32,000 nucleotides of DNA, taken from the NCBI RefSeq assembly GCF_900232105.1, contig NZ_LT934425.1, positions 3,540,001 through 3,572,000 of the forward strand, given 5' to 3'. This DNA comes from Candidatus Kuenenia stuttgartensis. Its GTDB lineage: Bacteria > Planctomycetota > Brocadiia > Brocadiales > Brocadiaceae. The position numbers and the translations under genes are program-made. Shown here piece by piece: positions 26,882 to 32,000 of the stretch (position 1 is the stretch's first letter; each line of letters opens with the position of its first letter). The notes beneath the pieces were generated by a model. It saw only the letters and a list, made by a program, of their open reading frames with translations, made no database searches and was not told where the DNA came from.

Positions 26882-27530
26882 AGCCTGGGAGTTGCAAAAA
26901 ACGCTGTTAGAGCTAAGGACCTCTGGAAAAATAGAAGATTGCCTGCTCCTTCTCCAGCATCCTCCTACCTTCACCTATGGCCGCAGATATAAAGAATCAA
27001 ATCTTATTTCAAATAAAATGTGCTATGAGAAAATCGGCATTGCTGTTTACAAAACAGACAGGGGCGGTCTTGCCACGTATCACGGACCTGGACAGGTAGT
27101 AGGGTATCCTATCTTAAAAATGCGTTCTTATACGAATGATTATTATGAATATCTGAGAATGCTTGAAGAGGTAATGATACAAGTAGTATCTGATTATGGG
27201 ATAACCGTAGACAGGAGAAAAGAATATACCGGCGTTTGGGCAGATAATGCCAAGATAGGTTTTATAGGCGTCAGGATTGCCACGGGTTATACGATGCATG
27301 GTTTTTCACTCAATGTTAATAATGACCTGTCTCCTTTTGAATATATAACCCCATGCGGAATTGACGGGATAAAGGTCGCATCCCTGCAAAGCCTATTGAA
27401 TACAACGGTTGATTTAAAAGAAATATATGAAAGGATTACAAATCATTATGCAAACATCTTCCAAACCGAAATAGTTTTCATAGAAAATACGTCACCATAT
27501 AGTATTACGAGGGCAATTGTATGCATATAA
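26832..27530 (+). CDS. lipB: Lipoyl(octanoyl) transferase
   Basis: 'CLLLLQHPPTFTYGRRYKESNLI', 'KTDRGGLATYHGPGQVVGYPIL', 'KIGFIGVRIATGYTMHGFSLNVNNDLSPFEYITPCGI'. Overlaps the end of the E2 gene by 50 nt. Confidence 0.94.
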   Translation: MNRKSLILLADMVEYGEAWELQKTLLELRTSGKIEDCLLLLQHPPTFTYGRRYKESNLISNKMCYEKIGIAVYKTDRGGLATYHGPGQVVGYPILKMRSYTNDYYEYLRMLEEVMIQVVSDYGITVDRRKEYTGVWADNAKIGFIGVRIATGYTMHGFSLNVNNDLSPFEYITPCGIDGIKVASLQSLLNTTVDLKEIYERITNHYANIFQTEIVFIENTSPYSITRAIVCI

Positions 27531-30500
27531 ATCTCAGCCAATTATCGGCAGTTGAAATAACGAAATTCTCCAAAAACATTAAAGATAAATGTAGTGGACA
27601 TGCGTTTATGGAAGAATCGGTTCAGGAGGCAACAAAGCTTTTTTACAATTCATTTGTTACCGGTAACGGAAGCAGTTCTTTTGCATTAGTACACGTTTTT
27701 AAATCATGTTTTTACCAGGAACTTCCGGATGATGTTCAGTCATATATACAAAACAAGGTAACAACGAAATCAATAGTTTCACAAAGCAGGTATTTGACTT
27801 TATTAGGGACATGCGGCGATTTGGATGCATGGTGTGATAGAAAAAAATCCGGAAATCATATTGCCTTTCCCATGGATGAACCGCAATTGTCTCACAAATA
27901 TCCTATGATCGCTGCGCTTTTAACGCAAATAGGAGAATATCCTCTTTGTGAAGTAAATGCGGGAATAGATTTCCTCAAAAATGACCAACATAAAAATTAT
28001 GGGTTATATTGTATTGAAGATGCGGGAGACATGATGTCAATTCCGGATCAAACAAATTTTGTGAATACCCATTCCATAAAATCAGTTGTCGGGTTTGGTG
28101 GAAAATTTTCTTCAGGCAATGTCTATGCGATTATCATCTTTTCCAAAGAGTTAATTCGTAAAAATACCGCAAAATCATTTCTCGCCATCAATCCCGCGAT
28201 AAAGCAGATTATGCTGCCGTTTGAAATAGAGGGCAATATATTTAAAAATAGCCTGCACGCACCGAATTCAAATGGAATAAGCATTAATAATGATGAATCA
28301 GGCATAAACACCAAACAGTTTCATAAAAATAGTATTGATTACCACAAGAAATACCTTATTGAAAGAGAAATGTCTGCCGCCATCCAGGCTGAACTGGATA
28401 TGACAAATGAGTGCATGATTGAGGTGACAGAGGACTTGAAAAGGGCAAACAAAAGCCTGGAAGATGAAATCATTAAACGGCTTCAGGCGGAAAACGAACT
28501 GCAACAAAGTCAGAGTCAATTACAAGCAGTGTTTGATAATGCCGCAGCGTGCATTTACATAAAAGATATTGAGGGTAAGCACCTGTTTATTAATAAGCAA
28601 TATGAAAAGGTGTTTCACATTACCGGGGATACGATAAAAGGGAAAACAGTTTACGATATATTCCCACGGGAGATGGCGGAGGCATTACATAAGACCGATC
28701 AAAAAGTGCTTGAGTCGAAAACTCCTATGGAATTTGAAGAAATTGTTCTCCATGATGACGTCCCTCACACCTATCTATCAATAAAATTTCCGTTATATGC
28801 TTCAAATGACGTCCCTTACGGGGTGTGCGGGATTTCGACGGATATTACACAGCGCAAGGAAATGGAGATAGAACTTAAAAAAATGAATGCACTTCTCAAA
28901 CAGGATGCCGGGGAATATGCTGAAAGGCTGGGAAAACAGCATATTGAACTGGCAATGGAATCGCAAGAACGGAAAAAGACTGAATCCGCCCTGCAGGAAA
29001 GTGAAAAGCGTTTTCGCGTAATGTTTGATCAGGCTGCAGTGGGTTTTGCGCTTCAGGAAGTAAAGACTGGCAATTATATTTTAGTTAATAAAAAATACAA
29101 TGAAATTATGAGTAACGCACCGCTTGTCCATCCTGATGACCGGCAGGCAGTTTTAGTAAACAAACAAAAATTAATTGACGGTACGATTCATGAATTTATT
29201 ATGGAAGTGTGGTTTTTTCACGAGAATGGGGATACTGTGTGGGTGAACATGACGGTATCGCCCTTTTGGCAAACAGGAGAGGAACCTGATTTTTACATGA
29301 TAACGGTGGAAGACCTTACTGAACGTAAGAAGGCGATAGCTGCGCTTGAGGAAAGTAATGAAAAAATCCAACTGTTACTTAACTCCACAGGGGAAGGTAT
29401 TTATGGTATAGACGAGCAGGGCATATGCACGTTTGCAAATACTGCTTGCGTTAAATTGCTTGGATATGAGACCCCGCATCAGCTTATAGGAAATCAAATG
29501 CATAAAATGATTCATCATACCCACCGGGACGGCATGCCGTATCCCATTGAGGAATGTAATGTTTTTCAGGCGTACCAGAAAGGCGAAAGTATTCACGTCA
29601 TTGATGATATTGCATGGCGTGCCGATGGATCGTTTTTCCCTGTAGAGTATCGGTCATACCCGATATATAAAAATAATAAAAATATCGGAGCGGTTGTTAC
29701 TTTTCAGGATATTACTGCACGAAAACGCATGGAGAAAGAGCTTTTACATTCGAAAAAAATGCAGGCCCTCGGAACAATTACTTCCGGTGTTGCACATGAG
29801 GTGAATAATATCCTTGCGGCTATTGACGGCAATATACAGATGTTAATGAGACAGAATAAAGGCCGGAAGATGCTGCTGGACTCTCTTAAGATAGTTCACA
29901 AATACGTAAAAGACGGGGCTGAGATTGTTAGAAGATTAAATGAATTTACCAAAAAGAACGAAGATTCCCCCGGTTATGTGCCGGTTGATCTGGCTGAACT
30001 GACAAGGCATGTTGTGAGATTCCTCAGTCCCAGGTGGCAGGATATGGCTCAGGGGACAGGGATAAAGTATCGCATAAACACTGATGGACTTAAAAAAGTC
30101 AGGGATATAAAAGGCAATCCTTCAGAATTACGGGAAGTAGTATTGAATATTATCACTAATGCATTGGATGCCATGCCCAAAGGAGGTACCCTTTGTTTTA
30201 ATATCTGGGAGGATGAAGATAACGTAAATTTGAGTATTTCCGATACGGGGGCCGGTATGACTGAAGAGGTGATATCGAAAATCTTTGATCCTTTCTTCAC
30301 GAGCAAGGAAAAGGGCACAGGCTTAGGTTTGAGTGTTGTTTATGGGATTGTTAAAAGACATGGGGGTGTGATACACGTTTCCAGCACGGTTGGAATGGGA
30401 AGTGTTTTCCTATTATCGTTTCCATCAAAAAAAGAGGTTTATACGGTAGAAGAAGCACAAATAATCGGGACAAAAAAAGGGATGATGGAAGATAATGTAT

Positions 30501-30907
30501 TGGTGCTTGATGATGCGAACACAGTCAGCGATGCGGTGTTGGAGTATGGTGGGGGAAATAAGATATTGGTGATTGAGGATGAATTGGTTATAGGAAAGGT
30601 GTTGTGCAATTTTCTTACAGAGGGAGGGTATGTTGTTGAATATTGTAATAATGGTGCAGATGCATTAGATAAATTAAAACAATACAAATATGACATTGTC
30701 CTTTGTGATCTTGGGATGCCGGGGGTTTCGGGATGGGATATAATGAATGCAGTAGAAATGTTACAAGAAAAACCAAAGGTCGGTATAATTACCGGATTCC
30801 TGAATACCGCGGATACTTTTCCAGATAATAAAATAAAAGCAAATTTTATCATCAATAAGCCATTTGATTTAGAAGTTGTATTAGAACATATTCAGCAGAT
30901 ACTTTAA
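27521..30907 (+). CDS. Hybrid histidine kinase: uncharacterised N-terminal module, three PAS domains, HisKA-HATPase, C-terminal receiver
   Basis: 'LGTITSGVAHEVNNILAAIDGNI' H-box. 'NPSELREVVLNIITNALDAMPKGG' N-box. 'DTGAGMTEEVISKIFDPFFTSKEKGTGLGLSVVYGIVKRHGG' G boxes. 'YDIVLCDLGMPGVSGWDIM' receiver. Confidence 0.92.
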   Translation: MHINLSQLSAVEITKFSKNIKDKCSGHAFMEESVQEATKLFYNSFVTGNGSSSFALVHVFKSCFYQELPDDVQSYIQNKVTTKSIVSQSRYLTLLGTCGDLDAWCDRKKSGNHIAFPMDEPQLSHKYPMIAALLTQIGEYPLCEVNAGIDFLKNDQHKNYGLYCIEDAGDMMSIPDQTNFVNTHSIKSVVGFGGKFSSGNVYAIIIFSKELIRKNTAKSFLAINPAIKQIMLPFEIEGNIFKNSLHAPNSNGISINNDESGINTKQFHKNSIDYHKKYLIEREMSAAIQAELDMTNECMIEVTEDLKRANKSLEDEIIKRLQAENELQQSQSQLQAVFDNAAACIYIKDIEGKHLFINKQYEKVFHITGDTIKGKTVYDIFPREMAEALHKTDQKVLESKTPMEFEEIVLHDDVPHTYLSIKFPLYASNDVPYGVCGISTDITQRKEMEIELKKMNALLKQDAGEYAERLGKQHIELAMESQERKKTESALQESEKRFRVMFDQAAVGFALQEVKTGNYILVNKKYNEIMSNAPLVHPDDRQAVLVNKQKLIDGTIHEFIMEVWFFHENGDTVWVNMTVSPFWQTGEEPDFYMITVEDLTERKKAIAALEESNEKIQLLLNSTGEGIYGIDEQGICTFANTACVKLLGYETPHQLIGNQMHKMIHHTHRDGMPYPIEECNVFQAYQKGESIHVIDDIAWRADGSFFPVEYRSYPIYKNNKNIGAVVTFQDITARKRMEKELLHSKKMQALGTITSGVAHEVNNILAAIDGNIQMLMRQNKGRKMLLDSLKIVHKYVKDGAEIVRRLNEFTKKNEDSPGYVPVDLAELTRHVVRFLSPRWQDMAQGTGIKYRINTDGLKKVRDIKGNPSELREVVLNIITNALDAMPKGGTLCFNIWEDEDNVNLSISDTGAGMTEEVISKIFDPFFTSKEKGTGLGLSVVYGIVKRHGGVIHVSSTVGMGSVFLLSFPSKKEVYTVEEAQIIGTKKGMMEDNVLVLDDANTVSDAVLEYGGGNKILVIEDELVIGKVLCNFLTEGGYVVEYCNNGADALDKLKQYKYDIVLCDLGMPGVSGWDIMNAVEMLQEKPKVGIITGFLNTADTFPDNKIKANFIINKPFDLEVVLEHIQQIL

Positions 30908-31013
30908 AGGGATAGATAATTCGTATCTGCTTTGTATTTTAAAAGAGGTTAAAGTTATTCGCGTGGTAGGTACAATATGTACATGCGCACGCGCATTTGG
31001 AGTTGCAGAAAAA

Positions 31014-31184
31014 ATGAGTTGGACGTGTCCTCACCAAAAAAATAATGAATGTATCCGGTTAAAGAAACCATGCCAGCCTCTGCAGAAGGGTTGTGTGTTG
31101 GAAGATAAAGTTACATTTATAGATTTTCAATATGAGGATAACGAAAATCAAAAACATTCAAAAAAAGGTAACTATCCAGCGTAA
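31014..31184 (+). CDS. Small Cys-rich protein of unknown function
   Basis: 'MSWTCPHQKNNECIRLKKPCQPLQKGCVLEDKVTFIDFQYEDNENQKHSKKGNYPA' has four regularly spaced cysteines, C-x8-C-x6-C-x6-C. ATG 31014 has a GGAG-like RBS, so I prefer it to the longer ORF at 30963. Confidence 0.5.
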   Translation: MSWTCPHQKNNECIRLKKPCQPLQKGCVLEDKVTFIDFQYEDNENQKHSKKGNYPA

Positions 31185-31600
31185 ACATTACCGCCAAACA
31201 CCGGCTACGGATTGCGTTGCTCGCCTGGAAGCCGGTTTTTGTACCATTTTAGTTTTTTGAAAAATTCCAACAATAACAAAATACATAAAACCAGGGTGTA
31301 GGGACGAAGCATTTGCATTTCAAACTCGAAATCCTCAGATGAGTGTCAGGGGGAGCATTCCCGATTTTTTGTAACCGATTATGTGATTGGGGCAAAACAA
31401 CATTGCCAGGGATTAATACTACTGTACGTTTCATTAAAACATGGCAGAAATCACAAAAAACCGGGAATGCAGCCAGAGTTGACGTTTGAAGAATCAGCCC
31501 CACAAGGGCATGAAAGCTGCAAGAGACGTGGCAAGTCTGTCCCCCGCTGGCGAGAGGCATAGTTTGAACCGGTTTGTTGATATTATCAAGGAGAGATGTG

Positions 31601-32000
31601 TGACAGAGCCAATGATTACTTGTCCGAAATGCCAGACTGCGATTAAGCTGACAGAATCGCTTGCGGCGCCGATCGTCGAGTCCGCCCGTCGCGAGTATGA
31701 GCAACGTCTGGCACAGAAAGACGCTGACATCGCCAAACGCGAAACCTTGCTTTGTGAGCGTGAAAAAGAGATTGTCAGGGCAAAAGAGGCTATTGACGGA
31801 CAGGTCGCAGAGAAACTGCGTCAGGAGCGCGACAGGATAGTTGCTGAAGAATCCAGGAAGGCCAAGCTTGCACTTGCTGCCGACTTTGAGCAAAAACGAA
31901 AGGAACTTGCCGATCTTCAGGAAGTGCTCAAACAGAGGGACGAGAAACTTGCCGAGGCGCAGAAGGCGCAGGCTGAAGTCTTGAGAAGGCAGCGGGAACT
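31601..32000 (+). CDS. DUF2130-type coiled-coil protein, N-terminal part (3' end outside window)
   Basis: GTG start after GGAGAG. Translation is open to the window end: 'VTEPMITCPKCQTAIKLTESLAAPIVESARREYEQRLAQKDADIAKRETLLCEREKEIVRAKEAIDGQVAEKLRQERDRIVAEESRKAKLALAADFEQKRKELADLQEVLKQRDEKLAEAQKAQAEVLRRQRE'. CxxC zinc ribbon followed by a long coiled coil. Confidence 0.8.

Noticed and set aside
31249-31893. 214-aa minus-strand ORF at the right end
   Set aside because: It is antisense to the DUF2130-type CDS, has no recognisable motif, and the plus-strand reading has a clear protein match and RBS.
1-32000. tRNA, rRNA or tmRNA genes
   Set aside because: None recognised by eye. Running tRNAscan-SE and Infernal/Rfam would be decisive.

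Overview
This 32 kb bacterial window is mostly ordinary chromosomal gene content. I call a partial Fn3/Ig-like surface protein, folD, a GlcG/HbpS-like secreted protein, pepA-uvrA, and a minus-strand type II secretion/pseudopilin group (gspE, gspG, gspH-like). Next comes a single-domain response regulator, a periplasmic Cache sensor carrying a CXXCH motif, a lone PAS protein, a NarK-like MFS transporter and a TDT/SLAC1-like channel. The remainder holds an NAD-dependent epimerase, a MidA-like methyltransferase, a ferritin-like protein, an IS1634/IS4-type transposase, 2-oxoacid dehydrogenase E1alpha, an S24/HTH regulator, E1beta, E2, lipB, a large PAS-hybrid histidine kinase, a small Cys-rich protein and the start of a DUF2130-type coiled-coil protein. 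Content and style are compatible with an anammox-like planctomycete, but this is a weak inference. I see no defence system, CRISPR array, tRNA or rRNA. The most interesting material is intergenic. A family of MITE-like non-coding elements (about 114-275 bp) shares terminal inverted repeats of the type 5'-GTAACACTTTAGTTTTTTGAAAAAT. Two copies are clearly homologous internally and lie in opposite orientation. A 56-bp inverted repeat (4 mismatches) precisely brackets the E1alpha gene. There are also several strong palindromic elements, and a Cache sensor with a haem-c-type CXXCH insertion and no output domain next to a NarK/TDT transporter pair.
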